Below are positions 47,227-56,873 of a DNA stretch of 64,000 nucleotides, piece after piece (within the stretch, counting starts at the first letter, position 1; the number at the start of each line of letters is the position of its first letter). A model generated the notes under the pieces. The model worked only from the letters and a program-made list of their open reading frames with translations, made no database searches and was not told the origin of the DNA. The DNA is taken from assembly GCA_903903985.1 (NCBI GenBank), contig CAIVAT010000006.1, forward strand, positions 18,635-82,634, written 5' to 3'. This stretch comes from an uncultured Bacteroidales bacterium. Its GTDB lineage: Bacteria > Bacteroidota > Bacteroidia > Bacteroidales > FEN-979. Position numbers and translations under genes: made by a program.

Positions 47227-48399
47227 TTAATCTTTCTGATAAATGATGGCGGCATTGCACCCGCCAAAGCCGGATGCAGTTTTCAAACAGGAAGTTAATT
47301 CCGCAGGCCGGTTGCTTGTAACAATATCCAGTGGTTCTGGAACTCCCGGAGTTTTAAAACCGGCAGATTTGTAGAGGATGTTATTCCTGAGAGAGGATAT
47401 TGCAGCAATTGATTCTACAATACCGGCTGCACCAAGCGTATGGCCCCAGTATCCTTTGAAACTGTTGACCGGGACCTCAGCCAATCCGCTCAGCCCGATG
47501 GCTTTTGATTCCATTTCGTCGTTGAACAGTGTTGCTGTTCCATGAGCCGAGATGTAACCGAGTTCCTTTGGTGTCAGCAAAGCCTGTTTCATGGCCTGGT
47601 TAATTGCCCAACTCAGTTCTTCCCCTGTGCGGGATGGCCCTGAAATATGATTGGCATCATTGCTGGTTGCAGCGCCTGCGACCCTGATCATTTGAGCAGC
47701 GGATGGGCCTGGCTCCGTTGAAAGTACCATGGTCCCGCACCCTTCACCGAGTGAAAGCCCGGTGCGGTTCAGGTCAAAAGGTTTGCAAGGTGCGGGGCTG
47801 ATTGCCTGGAAGGATTGGAACCCGGAGATGACGAATTCCGAGACAATGTCACCACCGGTCACCACGGCCTGGTCGTATGCTCCCGATTGCAGGAACCTGG
47901 TTGCAGTCATCACGGCCACCAACCCTGAAATACAGGCGTTGGAGATAATAACAGGTGTATTGGCGAATCCGAAGAAATGCTGAATAACCCTTCCCAATTC
48001 CCAGAGGTAAAGGCGTTTGTGACTGAATATTGCTTTGTACCGGTTTTCCAGTAAATTGATGTTGCCCTTGGTCGTGGAGATCACCAACAGGGTTCTATGA
48101 TTTCCCGGCATGATCGTACTGTTCCGGAGTACATCATTGATGGAAACGATAAAAAATTTTTCGAGACGCGTGAAGGATTCCGGAGAGATGTTCTTATTGA
48201 GGGCAGCAAGGATATCAGAAACTTTTTGATCCAGTTGAGCGGTATCAACCTGCGAAAGCGAAACCGGATTCGGATATAGAACTGGATCGTTCATAGTACG
48301 GATCCCGATGGCACCACCTGCGATGGCGGCAATATTTTCCGCTGTTGAAAATCCAAGCGAGGTGATGAAATTATCATTCAGGATGTAAACCGGTTTCAT
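47227..48399 (-). CDS. Beta-ketoacyl-ACP synthase
   Basis: ISNACISGLVAV (Cys), SAHGTATLFND and [12 protein letters not shown]. The start ATG 48399 (MKPVYIL) is preferred. Confidence 0.85.
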   Translation of the reverse strand: MKPVYILNDNFITSLGFSTAENIAAIAGGAIGIRTMNDPVLYPNPVSLSQVDTAQLDQKVSDILAALNKNISPESFTRLEKFFIVSINDVLRNSTIMPGNHRTLLVISTTKGNINLLENRYKAIFSHKRLYLWELGRVIQHFFGFANTPVIISNACISGLVAVMTATRFLQSGAYDQAVVTGGDIVSEFVISGFQSFQAISPAPCKPFDLNRTGLSLGEGCGTMVLSTEPGPSAAQMIRVAGAATSNDANHISGPSRTGEELSWAINQAMKQALLTPKELGYISAHGTATLFNDEMESKAIGLSGLAEVPVNSFKGYWGHTLGAAGIVESIAAISSLRNNILYKSAGFKTPGVPEPLDIVTSNRPAELTSCLKTASGFGGCNAAIIYQKD

Positions 48400-48472
48400 G
48401 CGATCAACCATTAGCTGCATTTTGAATCTGGCCTTTTACTTTTGCATTTTGCATTTTACCAATTTTACTCTT

Positions 48473-48886
48473 TTACACTCCCCATTTCCGTTTCCATCCG
48501 GTGAAAAATTCCGGGGCAGTCAGCAACAGTTCCCCCTGTGGCGTGAGGAATACCTGTGTAGATGTACCGGTGGCGGCCACTTCATTGTCTTTTTTCCGGT
48601 AAATGGTATAATCAAACATGATTTTGGCAGCCTCTGCCGGCACAAAGCGGGTTTCTACGATGGCAATATCTCCATATTCCAGCGGACGTTTGTATTCACA
48701 ATTGATCTTCACCAGCGGGATCATTACATTGTGTTTATAAACATCCAGGTAACCAAGGTTATACTTCAGACCGAACGATTCCCGGCCATCTTCAAAATAT
48801 TTCAGGTAATTGCCATGCCATACAATGCGCATGGAATCAACCTCTGAAAACCTCACAATTATTTCTTTCCGGTCGGATAGTATCAT
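48473..48886 (-). CDS. 4HBT/YbgC-type hotdog thioesterase
   Basis: VRFSEVDSMRIVWHGNYLKYFEDGRE matches the 4HBT N-terminal catalytic pattern. Confidence 0.8.
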   Translation of the reverse strand: MILSDRKEIIVRFSEVDSMRIVWHGNYLKYFEDGRESFGLKYNLGYLDVYKHNVMIPLVKINCEYKRPLEYGDIAIVETRFVPAEAAKIMFDYTIYRKKDNEVAATGTSTQVFLTPQGELLLTAPEFFTGWKRKWGV

Positions 48887-48888
48887 AA

Positions 48889-50190
48889 TCAGTTGTTCAT
48901 TGGACTTTTATACCGGTAGTAAATGCCGGTAATGAAGACAGTGGATAAGAAAAACAGGAATAATTTAATGGCCTGGGGAGCTATTTGCCACAGGCTGCCT
49001 CCGCGCAGAAAAATACTGTAATACCCGGTGATGGCCCAGTTCAGCGGACTGATCAGGGATACGGCCCGCATGAAGGGGGGCATGAGGTAGATTGGAACCC
49101 ACAACCCGCCCATGGCAGCAAGGATGATGACGGAAATAGACCCGAAGGCAGCTGCCTGCTGGTGTGTTTTCGCAATTGTTCCGATCATGAGACCGTACCC
49201 CACAGATGCCAGGGCAACAACCGTGGTCATGAGGAACAACCCAAGGATGTCGTCACCCAAAACCAGCGTTGGAAGTCCGAAAAGCGGCAAAAGCAGGATG
49301 CCGGCCAGTAACATGGCTACCGTTTGGGCAAGGCACACCATGAGGTACACGCCGACTTTTCCCATCAGCAGGGTCATATAGGATACGGGCATGGTGAGTA
49401 AGCGGAAAAGGCTTCCTCCTTCACGTTCCTGGATCAGACTTTGTGTTAGCGGTATCACGATGAAAAACATGGCAAATATCGTCCACGCCGGCACATTGTG
49501 CTGGGTTGAATTGGGTATCAGTTCCACTTCCCTGAATGATGGAAACTCCTCTTTAAATTGAAGGATTTCCCTGAAGCCTTCCCTTGGTGGTTTATACAGG
49601 GGCATTTGCATGGCAAGTTCCTTGTTGAATGTTGCAAAAACCCATTCAGTCTGTATCTTGTAGTAATTTTCCCTGACCGAGCTGATCAGTGCATTTTTAA
49701 ATGTTCTTTTAACCGTAGGGTCGAAGTAAATAATCACATTCACCGAATCCCTGAAAACGATCCCATCCAACAGCATCGGGTTACCTACCCCAAAGCCTGC
49801 CAGGGTTTTTGCAACATTAAGCCTGACATTGGCGCGCATGGTGCTGGTTGCACCTTTCGGAACAACGATGGCAATGAGGTAATCCCCTTTTTTTACTGCG
49901 TTTTTTGCATCAGCAGCGGTGATGGGCCTTTGGTTTAAACGATCGACAACTTCAAAAGATCCGGAACCATTGAACCCGTTTTTAATCCTCATCCCAAGGC
50001 TGTCGAGGTCGTTATCGACAAACAGCACCTGTACGCTGGGATCTTTTGTTAGCGTGCCCCATCCGGATTCCTGCATCAGCGATGAAATCACGATAAGCAC
50101 CACCGGCATGATAAAAAGCATGGCCAACCCCGATTTATCACGAATGAGCAGCAGCATCTCTTTGCGGCACACCGACAAATACTTCTTCAT
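48889..50190 (-). CDS. ABC-2 type exporter permease
   Basis: N-terminal TM helix, a large loop and a C-terminal 5-TM bundle. It lies directly downstream of its ATPase. Confidence 0.85.
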   Translation of the reverse strand: MKKYLSVCRKEMLLLIRDKSGLAMLFIMPVVLIVISSLMQESGWGTLTKDPSVQVLFVDNDLDSLGMRIKNGFNGSGSFEVVDRLNQRPITAADAKNAVKKGDYLIAIVVPKGATSTMRANVRLNVAKTLAGFGVGNPMLLDGIVFRDSVNVIIYFDPTVKRTFKNALISSVRENYYKIQTEWVFATFNKELAMQMPLYKPPREGFREILQFKEEFPSFREVELIPNSTQHNVPAWTIFAMFFIVIPLTQSLIQEREGGSLFRLLTMPVSYMTLLMGKVGVYLMVCLAQTVAMLLAGILLLPLFGLPTLVLGDDILGLFLMTTVVALASVGYGLMIGTIAKTHQQAAAFGSISVIILAAMGGLWVPIYLMPPFMRAVSLISPLNWAITGYYSIFLRGGSLWQIAPQAIKLFLFFLSTVFITGIYYRYKSPMNN

Positions 50191-50192
50191 GA

Positions 50193-50948
50193 TTAGTCCC
50201 TCATGTCTTTACCGGTGAGATGGATGAAGATGTTTTCCAGGTTTTTAAATTCCGGATGCCTGGCAAGAAGCTCGTTCGGATTACCCAGGGCAATGATGTT
50301 TCCCCGGTCGATGATCGCCACCCTTGTACAAAGGTGCTCGGCCTCTTCCATGTAATGGGATGTGTAAATGATCGTCACACCCTTTTTATTGATCTCCTTG
50401 AGATATTCGAGGATCACCACCCGCGACTGCACATCAATGCCGACAGTAGGTTCATCCAGGAAGAGAACCTTCGGATCATGCAACAACCCGGCGATGAGAT
50501 TTACCCTGCGTTTCATCCCTCCGGAATATTTGTTCACCGTTTTGTTTGCATGTTTTTCAAGTCCGAATTCATGCAGGTAATGGTTTATTTTGTCGCGCAG
50601 TTCCGAACCATACATCCCATACATGTTGCCGAAGAATGCAAGGTTCTCCCTTCCTGTAAGGGTTGGATAAAGTGCGATGTCCTGCGGAACAACCCCGATG
50701 ATCTGCTTGATTTTTTCAAGGTTTGTATGGCTGTCCATGCCATCGATCATCACACTCCCTTTTGTTGCAGGGAACAAACCGCAAAGGATAGAGATCGTCG
50801 TCGTTTTACCTGCCCCGTTGGGCCCAAGCAAACCGAAGATTTCATTGGGGAAAATATCCAGGGATATTGAATTCACTGCAGGTTCCTCTGCCCCTTTGTA
50901 AATTTTAGTAAGATCCCTTATTTCTATGAGGGGTTGCCCGGACATCAA
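50193..50948 (-). CDS. ABC transporter ATP-binding protein
   Basis: Walker A GPNGAGKTT, signature YSGGMKRR and Walker B LFLDEPT. Confidence 0.92.
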   Translation of the reverse strand: MMSGQPLIEIRDLTKIYKGAEEPAVNSISLDIFPNEIFGLLGPNGAGKTTTISILCGLFPATKGSVMIDGMDSHTNLEKIKQIIGVVPQDIALYPTLTGRENLAFFGNMYGMYGSELRDKINHYLHEFGLEKHANKTVNKYSGGMKRRVNLIAGLLHDPKVLFLDEPTVGIDVQSRVVILEYLKEINKKGVTIIYTSHYMEEAEHLCTRVAIIDRGNIIALGNPNELLARHPEFKNLENIFIHLTGKDMRD

Positions 50949-51973
50949 AATTTGATTTTTTTTAATTTCTGGTAAACTTTTTCTTCACTTACGGCGATGT
51001 CCAGAAGTTTTTCTGAGAGTGTCCCGTAATCTTCTTCGGGTTTTGAGCGGTTTTTACAATTTCGAGCACCCATATAGGTAAAATCGCGCCATTTGTTGGC
51101 GGTTTTACCCATCATATCCGATGCCTCTAGCAACTCCATATGATTCCCGAACATCTCACCGGCTTCTTTCAGGAAGGCTCCATAAATATATCGGAATCCT
51201 GCACCGCCGGTACCGAAATCTTCCGCCATGCGCAGAATTTGTCCCAGGTAAAAAGCAGCCTTGTCATCACCGTGTTTCCTGGGCCATTTTTTAAGGTCAC
51301 GTGCCATCCATCGCAACCCTTTCACGCCGATCAGCGGGAACGGGATACCAATCATTTCATAAACTGTCTTCTTTATCCCAAGGACGATGGCAGGTTTCAG
51401 GTCAACCGGTTTGTCAATGGCATGATTGATCCAGTACATCTTTCCCTGGGGAGCAAAAGCTCCTTTTGCATAACGCACGCGCAGAAGGTCTTCATAAGTG
51501 ATCAATTGGGGAAACTCCATCACCGTGTCACTCACATGATACATGTTTCCCTCCTTGCCGAAAACCACAAGGTTGTGCATGTTATAGTGCATGCGGTACT
51601 CGGGAGGAAAGAAAGTCAGTTGAAAAACACCCACCTGGCAGCCTGTGGGAATTCCCTTCTCCAGGTTGCGGTCAAGCATTTGCATGGCTTCCCTGGGGTC
51701 TTTGATCTTTTTAACCACGGTAGATTCGATGCCCAGGTATGCGGTAGACCGTTTAAATACCGTATTGGGAAGATTACGGAACGAGATCATCGGTGCAAAC
51801 TGGATCTTCAGAAAGGGAATATAACTGAAATACAGGCCATTCCCAATTCCAAAGGCCATCGGTTCAGATAATTCCAACCCATTGAATTTAAAAAGGTTCG
51901 ATGTGGCGCCGCTTTCACAATGCCCTGCCTGGCGGTGTGTATAGTTGATGATTGTTTTTGTTGCATCCATCAT
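50945..51973 (-). CDS. BtrH-N-terminal-like (papain/C39-like fold) protein, copy 1
   Basis: Conserved RQAGHCESG near the N-terminus, the candidate catalytic Cys. It aligns over its full length with 52511-53512. Its stop overlaps the ABC ATPase start by 4 nt. Confidence 0.65.
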   Translation of the reverse strand: MMDATKTIINYTHRQAGHCESGATSNLFKFNGLELSEPMAFGIGNGLYFSYIPFLKIQFAPMISFRNLPNTVFKRSTAYLGIESTVVKKIKDPREAMQMLDRNLEKGIPTGCQVGVFQLTFFPPEYRMHYNMHNLVVFGKEGNMYHVSDTVMEFPQLITYEDLLRVRYAKGAFAPQGKMYWINHAIDKPVDLKPAIVLGIKKTVYEMIGIPFPLIGVKGLRWMARDLKKWPRKHGDDKAAFYLGQILRMAEDFGTGGAGFRYIYGAFLKEAGEMFGNHMELLEASDMMGKTANKWRDFTYMGARNCKNRSKPEEDYGTLSEKLLDIAVSEEKVYQKLKKIKF

Positions 51974-52104
51974 TTGAATTCAATTATGATTAAACATTTG
52001 TAAAATATCATTGTCATTTTTTTCCGCGAAGATGCAAAGGTCCAAATTCAAAATTTTTTTACCTCTAAGCGCCTGAGCGGTGAAGGATAATTTTCATAGC
52101 AGGC

Positions 52105-52503
52105 TCATGATTCAATCTTCCGGAGTTGATCAACAGTAATGTTGAATGCTTCGGCATATTTCTGTAATGTTTTATCATTCAATCGTTTAAATACTCCGGG
52201 TTTAAAATGCCATTTGACCCGCCACAAAGAAATTCCGGCCATCATCGACAGGTTCATCGGGTCGAGCAGGTTTTTTTCCATGAAATAAACCACGGGGCTG
52301 GCTTTACCGGCCAGTACGCGTTGCCGCGCCTCTTCAATCCTTTCATGAAATAAATCCCATGCCTGTTGAAGGATAAGGCGGTCGGCTTCACCATGAAAAC
52401 CTACCGTTTTTTCAAAAGTGCCTCCATCCCCGTAGGAATAGGAGAGTTCACGATGTTGGCCATAAGCCTTGTCTTTGTAGACCGGATTGAGATTTTCTTC
52501 CAT
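52105..52503 (-). CDS. Small protein with a C-terminal HTH-like segment, copy 1
   Basis: Shares GKASP..Y.MEK...W.VK.H.K..VFK....L.KYA..F.ITV..L with 53736-54158. The start is set at ATG 52503 (MEENLNP). Confidence 0.55.
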   Translation of the reverse strand: MEENLNPVYKDKAYGQHRELSYSYGDGGTFEKTVGFHGEADRLILQQAWDLFHERIEEARQRVLAGKASPVVYFMEKNLLDPMNLSMMAGISLWRVKWHFKPGVFKRLNDKTLQKYAEAFNITVDQLRKIES

Positions 52504-52510
52504 TGTAAAT

Positions 52511-53512
52511 CTATTTGATGGTTGAAAGTTTTTTAAAGATCTTCTCCTCCCTGTTTGCGATTTCAATCAGCATATCTGCAAGAAAATCATATGATTGGTC
52601 AGGTTTTCCCCTTTTTTTGCAATTTCGCGAACCAAGATATGAAAATTCCCGCCAACTATTTGCATTTTCACCCATTTCAAAAGATAATTCCCTGAGCCAT
52701 GGCTGGTTCAATACCGTCGATGCTTCTTCAAGAAAAGCACCATAGATAAACCGGAAACCCGCACCTGCCGTGCCAACCTCTTCTTCCATGCGCAATACCT
52801 GGCCAAGATAATAGGAAGCTTTTGCCTCGCCAAGTTTTTTTTCCCATTTGCGCATCCGGCCGGCAAGATAACGGATCCCTTTCACCCCGATGAGCGGGAA
52901 GGGAATACCGACCATGTTATTTGCCGTTTTCCTGATACCTTTGACGATCGCTGGTTTGATATCGATCCTGGCAGGCACATGCGTGGGATAATACATCCGT
53001 CCCTGGGGTGCAAAAGCCCCTTTGGCAAATCGTACGCGCATCAGGTCTTCATAGTTGATCTCTACAAGGTTTTCCATCAGGGTATCGCTGATGAAATAGG
53101 TGCCGTTTTCATGACCATAAACAATCATGTTGTGCATGTTGTAATGCATGCGATACTCCGGGGGAAAGAATGGCAAATGAAAGGTGCCAACCTGGAGACC
53201 GACGGGATAACCCTGTTCCAGCACTTCGTTCAGCTTATCCATCGAATCCTTTGGATTACGGAACGTGTGAACCGCTGTTTTGACGCCAAGTTCCCTGGTT
53301 GCCCGGTCGAATACCTGTCCGGGCCAGACCCTGAAAGAGGTGGTTGGCGCATGTTGCATCTTCAGAAAGGGCAGGTAACTGAAAAAAAGCCCGGCGCCAA
53401 TTCCGAAAGCCATGGGCTCACTGATCTTAAAATGATGATAGTTGAGCAGGTTGCGTGTTACGCCACTTTCACAATGTCCGGCCTGCCTGTGTTCAAATGC
53501 TAGTTTTACCAT
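52511..53512 (-). CDS. BtrH-N-terminal-like protein, copy 2
   Basis: RQAGHCESG. Blocks identical to copy 1 include FFPPEYRMHYNMHN, AKGAFAPQG and GIPFPLIGVKG. Confidence 0.65.
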   Translation of the reverse strand: MVKLAFEHRQAGHCESGVTRNLLNYHHFKISEPMAFGIGAGLFFSYLPFLKMQHAPTTSFRVWPGQVFDRATRELGVKTAVHTFRNPKDSMDKLNEVLEQGYPVGLQVGTFHLPFFPPEYRMHYNMHNMIVYGHENGTYFISDTLMENLVEINYEDLMRVRFAKGAFAPQGRMYYPTHVPARIDIKPAIVKGIRKTANNMVGIPFPLIGVKGIRYLAGRMRKWEKKLGEAKASYYLGQVLRMEEEVGTAGAGFRFIYGAFLEEASTVLNQPWLRELSFEMGENANSWREFSYLGSRNCKKRGKPDQSYDFLADMLIEIANREEKIFKKLSTIK

Positions 53513-53559
53513 TTGTTGTCATTTTTTTACCTGTTCCGATCGATCCTTACTTGCCTAAC

Positions 53560-53735
53560 TCTGACCCTCTCGTCATGTACCTCACCCGGAGCCTCTCCTG
53601 AAGTACCTCATCCTAACCCTCTGCTGAAGTACCTCTCCCTAACCCTCTCCTTCAGGAGAGGGAATACTCCCCTTCTCCCCGGGGAGAAGGGGCTGGGGGA
53701 TGAGGTATTTACCCCATCGCCGGGGGATGAGGCAC
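53560..53735. repeat. Compound REP-like element, family D copy 3, with three 26-nt sub-repeats
   Basis: 26-nt units at 53577, 53603 and 53629 (gtacctc.c...cctct.c.t.a), then agggaatactccccttctcccc|ggggagaaggggctgggggatgagg (a perfect 12-bp palindrome) and an extra gggggatgagg. Confidence 0.8.
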
Positions 53736-54158
53736 TTACTTTAAAAACCCCGGATGCTTCAACTCCTCCACCGTTATTTCGAAAACCGAGGCATATTTGA
53801 CCAATGTCTCTGGTTTAATTTTTTTGAAAACTTTACTCTTCAAATGCCTTTTTACACGCCATTTTGGTATCTCCATATAAGCTGCAAGCATGGGAACCTC
53901 CATCAGAATCTTTTCCATGTAATATGCAATGGGACTTGCCTTTCCCTGGATGACAAGTTGCCTGACCTCGTCGAGACGCTGTTCTGCCGCATCCCAGCCC
54001 TGCTTGATGATCACCTGGTTGTTGGGATTCTGGTAGTCTACTTTTTGGGTAAACCCTTTGTCCTTGTCAAAATGGTAAAACAGTTCACGGTTATATTTGT
54101 ATATCAGTTCATTATCACTGGTCATTTTACCATTAGCTTCACTATTTGTATCTCTCAT
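53736..54158 (-). CDS. Small protein with a C-terminal HTH-like segment, copy 2
   Basis: Paralog of 52105-52503. The start is uncertain (54158 or 54125). Confidence 0.55.
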   Translation of the reverse strand: MRDTNSEANGKMTSDNELIYKYNRELFYHFDKDKGFTQKVDYQNPNNQVIIKQGWDAAEQRLDEVRQLVIQGKASPIAYYMEKILMEVPMLAAYMEIPKWRVKRHLKSKVFKKIKPETLVKYASVFEITVEELKHPGFLK

Positions 54159-54202
54159 GCATGTACATTTTAATTCCTGTTGCCTGGTGCCTCTTTTTTT
54201 TT

Positions 54203-54613
54203 CTAGCTGACCAGGAAAATTTTCAACTCGCAGCCTGCGATCAACTGGTTTCCTAAAAAGACCTCACCAAGCACAATGGTGGCATCAAACACCTCGTGCA
54301 ACACAGTCACGTGCGTCATGATCTCCTGACCGACCTTTGGAAAGGCATCAATTTTGAGGTTTCTGATCCCCCCTATAAAGCCCAGGGGGGCTTTCCCGTC
54401 TATAACTCCCGGTTTTGCCCCAACTCCGGCGGCAGCGGTCTGTGCCATGTTTTCGATCAGTCCGGGTTCCCGGAATTCACTGTTTACACAAAAAATATTT
54501 TCCTCACGGATCAGGAAAGCAGTCACCGTTGTTTTATCAACGATCTCCACCAACCTGTCCACCATCACCATCGGTGGTTTTTGCGGTATATTTACATTTT
54601 CAAATGATGCCAT
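54203..54613 (-). CDS. Hotdog-fold (FabZ/FabA-like) 3-hydroxyacyl-ACP dehydratase
   Basis: PQKPPMVMVDRLV...ENMAQTAAAG pattern, ~136 aa, and cluster context. Confidence 0.7.
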   Translation of the reverse strand: MASFENVNIPQKPPMVMVDRLVEIVDKTTVTAFLIREENIFCVNSEFREPGLIENMAQTAAAGVGAKPGVIDGKAPLGFIGGIRNLKIDAFPKVGQEIMTHVTVLHEVFDATIVLGEVFLGNQLIAGCELKIFLVS

Positions 54614-55956
54614 AAGGATCCTTTGCGTTTTCGTTTTCGCATGCGGTTCATTGCTGTTGCAACATCCTCATCAGGGAAAACCCATCTGCGCCCTGTATTG
54701 AGGGCACGTTCCTTGAGTGTTGCATAGTCGATGCCGGGAGCAATATAATATACCGGGGTCAGCAGGTTGTCGTCAGCATGAATGATTCCCTGTTCAATTG
54801 CAATTTTATGCAGTACGGTCCCTGGATAGATCCGCATGCCGATAAAGGGAAAAAAAACAGTATTTTCAATACGTTTTGAATTTTCAAAACTCTCATTGAT
54901 GGTTGCCTCCGTCTCGCCATAACCGCCGATGATCATGAAGTGGCAGAAATAGATCCCTGCCTGGTTGCAATAATCAGAAACCCTTATAACTTCCTCCACA
55001 TCAAAGTGTTTACCATATTTTTTCAAAGTGGTGTCGGAAAGTGATTCAGTGCCGAATTCGATATGTGTGAGCCCGGCTTCTGCAAACAATTTTAAATTTT
55101 CCAACGACAAATTATGCGGAGAAAAGTATGCTCCCCAGTGCATCGGAAGTTCGGCGGCGATCATCTTTTTAGCCAGTTCCACATTAAAATTGTTGCTGAT
55201 GTTGAACACTGAATCGGTAAAAAAGACATAATCAACCTTGTACTTTTCATAAAGCTGCCGCAATGTATGAACAATTTTATCCGGATCGAGCGTCCGCACA
55301 TTGTGGCCTTCAATGAGGGGATAGGTGCAATAAATGCAGTTATACGGGCATCCCCGCTTGGTCTGCACATTGACCATGCCTGCCTTATCCCAGTAAAATT
55401 CCAGGAGGTCTGTGTCAAAATCGAGGTCAGGAGTTTTGATGAAGTGTTGCCTGCCGTTCATATGGATCCCTTCTCCATCGCGGTACACAAGACCCTCAAT
55501 GAGAAGATCCGGGTTGCCCCTTTCAAGGCTGAGCAGGAGGTGGTAAAGGCTCTCTTCACCCTCACCCTGTATTCCATAATCGGGGTCAAGGTAGGAAAAT
55601 AATTCACGGGGATAAATGGAGAAGGCAGAACCACCAATGATCAGGCAGGTACTTGAAGTGTCGCGCACGATATCTGCAACCGACTTGTAACCATTGATGA
55701 AACTCTCCTGGCTGTAAAAATTCACATCATCGACATTCCGCAGGGACAGGCCAACATAATCCGGTTGAAAATCGCGGAGGCAGGCTCTGAAGGAATCGGG
55801 CACCTGGAGGTTGAAATCGAATATCCGTATATCGAAATCAGGGAGACGTTCGCTGAGGTAAGTGAAAAGGTATGAAATGCCCAATGGATAAACCGGGTAA
55901 GGATTGACATACCTGTTGGCCGAAACAAAGAGTAGTTTTTTCCCCGGCATTTTCAA
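54592..55956 (-). CDS. B12-binding-domain radical SAM protein
   Basis: N-terminal B12-binding-like domain and the radical SAM motif CPYNCIYC. Confidence 0.85.
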   Translation of the reverse strand: MKMPGKKLLFVSANRYVNPYPVYPLGISYLFTYLSERLPDFDIRIFDFNLQVPDSFRACLRDFQPDYVGLSLRNVDDVNFYSQESFINGYKSVADIVRDTSSTCLIIGGSAFSIYPRELFSYLDPDYGIQGEGEESLYHLLLSLERGNPDLLIEGLVYRDGEGIHMNGRQHFIKTPDLDFDTDLLEFYWDKAGMVNVQTKRGCPYNCIYCTYPLIEGHNVRTLDPDKIVHTLRQLYEKYKVDYVFFTDSVFNISNNFNVELAKKMIAAELPMHWGAYFSPHNLSLENLKLFAEAGLTHIEFGTESLSDTTLKKYGKHFDVEEVIRVSDYCNQAGIYFCHFMIIGGYGETEATINESFENSKRIENTVFFPFIGMRIYPGTVLHKIAIEQGIIHADDNLLTPVYYIAPGIDYATLKERALNTGRRWVFPDEDVATAMNRMRKRKRKGSLWHHLKM

Positions 55957-56867
55957 AGGTTCTTTTCTTGCACGTGTGCATCCGGAAGTTTCCAGAAATC
56001 ATAATAGTTGAACCATTGAAGCGGGTATTTACGCAGGATTTCTTCAAATTTCCGGGTATAAACCTCCAATGATTCTCTGAAATTTCCTTCCCGCTGCTTC
56101 AGGTTTGAAGTATAAGCTACCCTGATCAGGGGAGTCGCATAAAAATGGTAATGGCTGCTGGTCTCTTTTACTGCAAAAACAAATGAAACAGGAACTTTGA
56201 ATTTGGCAGCCATGTTCACCGGTCCGATGGGGAAAGCCGCTGGTTTGCCCATGAAATCCAGCGTGACTGTCTTGTTCCCTTCAATATACCGGTCGCCGTG
56301 CATGGCGATGATCTCTTTGTTGGCAAGTGCCTGCCTGATCTCAATGAGGTGTGAAAAATCATCGCGGATCACGATGAAGTTGACCGTGCGTGAGGTCATC
56401 ACATCCGACAGGTAGCCTTTGATCCGCTGATGTTCCGCATCGAATAAGATAATGTTGATCCGTTTTTCGAGCCGGGTAAGCAATTGTCCGGCTATTTCCC
56501 AATTTCCAACATGCGCACTCACCAGCAACCCTCCATCCTGCATCTGGCGCAGGTACTCTTCTCCTTCAAAATCAAATGTGAATTTTTGCTGGAAACCCGC
56601 GAGCATTGCTATTTTATCAAGCAGTATCTGCCCGAACATATAATAGTTCCGGTAGATACTGATGAAAGCCCTGAACCGGTTGTACTTCATCACCTGGTGG
56701 TAAAAGTTAAAAATTGCCCTAAAAGCTTTACCTGATGCGGCCACAAAATAGATGACGACGAAGGAGAGGAGGAAGTATGCGAAACGCAGCCCGAGGTGTT
56801 TCAGGGTCCAGACAAATATGCTATATCCCAGAACCCCTCCGCGGGTTTTGCCTTCCCATGATGACAT
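55953..56867 (-). CDS. LpxL/HtrB-family lysophospholipid/lipid A-type acyltransferase
   Basis: N-terminal TM helix and the acyltransferase motif SAHVGNWEIAG. Typical length. Confidence 0.75.
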   Translation of the reverse strand: MSSWEGKTRGGVLGYSIFVWTLKHLGLRFAYFLLSFVVIYFVAASGKAFRAIFNFYHQVMKYNRFRAFISIYRNYYMFGQILLDKIAMLAGFQQKFTFDFEGEEYLRQMQDGGLLVSAHVGNWEIAGQLLTRLEKRINIILFDAEHQRIKGYLSDVMTSRTVNFIVIRDDFSHLIEIRQALANKEIIAMHGDRYIEGNKTVTLDFMGKPAAFPIGPVNMAAKFKVPVSFVFAVKETSSHYHFYATPLIRVAYTSNLKQREGNFRESLEVYTRKFEEILRKYPLQWFNYYDFWKLPDAHVQEKNL

Positions 56868-56873
56868 GTACGA

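Noticed and set aside
53513-53800. 95-aa plus-strand ORF (…PHPNPLLKYLSLTLSFRRGNTPLLPGEKGLGDEV…)
   Set aside because: It is the translation of the family D repeat element. It is low-complexity and lies between two minus-strand genes.
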